Below, piece after piece: positions 63,466 through 64,000 of a stretch of 64,000 nucleotides of DNA (position 1 is its first letter; the number at the start of each line of letters is the position of its first letter). The stretch is taken from the NCBI RefSeq assembly GCF_006345805.1, contig NW_021835988.1:391142-455141 (forward strand). Reading direction: 5' to 3'. Source of the DNA: Octopus sinensis. Its lineage: Eukaryota. The notes beneath the pieces were generated by a model. The model searched no databases, was not told the origin of the DNA, and was given only the letters and a program-made list of their open reading frames with translations. Position numbers and translations under genes: made by a program.

Positions 63466-63813
63466 AAAAATAAACAATAAAAGACTGAAAAAAATCCAAA
63501 TAAACAAAAAATATTAGAAAGAAATAAATTTAAATAAAAAAACATATGAATAGAGATTAATTAATTGATAAAATGAATATAAATTCACTTGCAAATAAAC
63601 TTGATTCAGGATATTTTCCAGTAGTCAATTTAATTAATCTTCAAACAAATAAAAAACAAAAATATCATAAAAATAAGACATTAATACCAAGAAAAAGCAA
63701 AATAAAAATTAAAAATTAAAACCACAACAAATTAAAAGAATATTACGTGCTAAGCGTTAAATCGATAAATTATAACATTTAAAAATATAATAAGTACCAT
63801 TTAATATTGTCAT
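63466..63813 (+). repeat. Dispersed AT-rich repeat, copy 5 (diverged)
   Basis: Same core and same right boundary as the other copies. Confidence 0.8.
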
Positions 63814-63924
63814 TTTGTTTGAATTCAGTTATATTATTTTTCACAATTTTTAACATTAAATTATCTTTTGAATAATTTTTTTAATTGATGGACCTTAAGA
63901 GAGTCATAGTGGACCAAAATTCGT

Positions 63925-64000
63925 GGACGACCCCGAATAACACTGCTAGCCGTTCTGCAACAAGATCTAATCTGCGTGAGGAAAACCCTAACACAACGTG
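63925..64000 (+). mobile_element. RTE 3' fragment running off the window
   Basis: RGRPRITLLAVLQQDL. Confidence 0.6.

Noticed and set aside
1-64000. Alternative genetic code, or a prokaryotic/phage defence system
   Set aside because: Apparent in-frame stops in conserved genes are explained by tiny introns; TAA and TGA end real genes; content is eukaryotic

Overview
AT-rich eukaryotic nuclear DNA using the standard code, very probably from a reduced animal parasite such as a myxozoan or dicyemid. This is inferred from CPVL, an EGFR-type L-domain relic and animal-like intron positions. The ORF track breaks up the host genes because they carry tiny (about 23-34 nt) introns whose donors are often little more than GT. 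Host genes found: VPS45, NOG1/GTPBP4, a CPVL-type carboxypeptidase, tRNA-Gly(GCC), an intronless orphan with EPIYD/YD motifs, and a duplicated orphan type-I membrane protein. The rest is a transposon patchwork: an intact PHD-RT-RLE CRE-like retrotransposon, RTE, I/Jockey-like and R4-like LINE fragments, several hAT/Buster elements, Ginger-like integrases, pogo, Merlin, and a Helitron carrying a 95-bp satellite. Best observations: (1) DNA-transposon genes have acquired host-type tiny introns, and one is visibly a tandem copy of the adjacent exon and splits the catalytic Glu codon, suggesting intron birth by duplication; (2) an endogenous noda-like RNA virus capping-domain fragment; (3) two hAT hairpin footprints; (4) a candidate GT-AA intron conserved in two paralogs; (5) recurrent locally templated 23-100 bp duplications. 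All calls come from manual reading; no database search was run.
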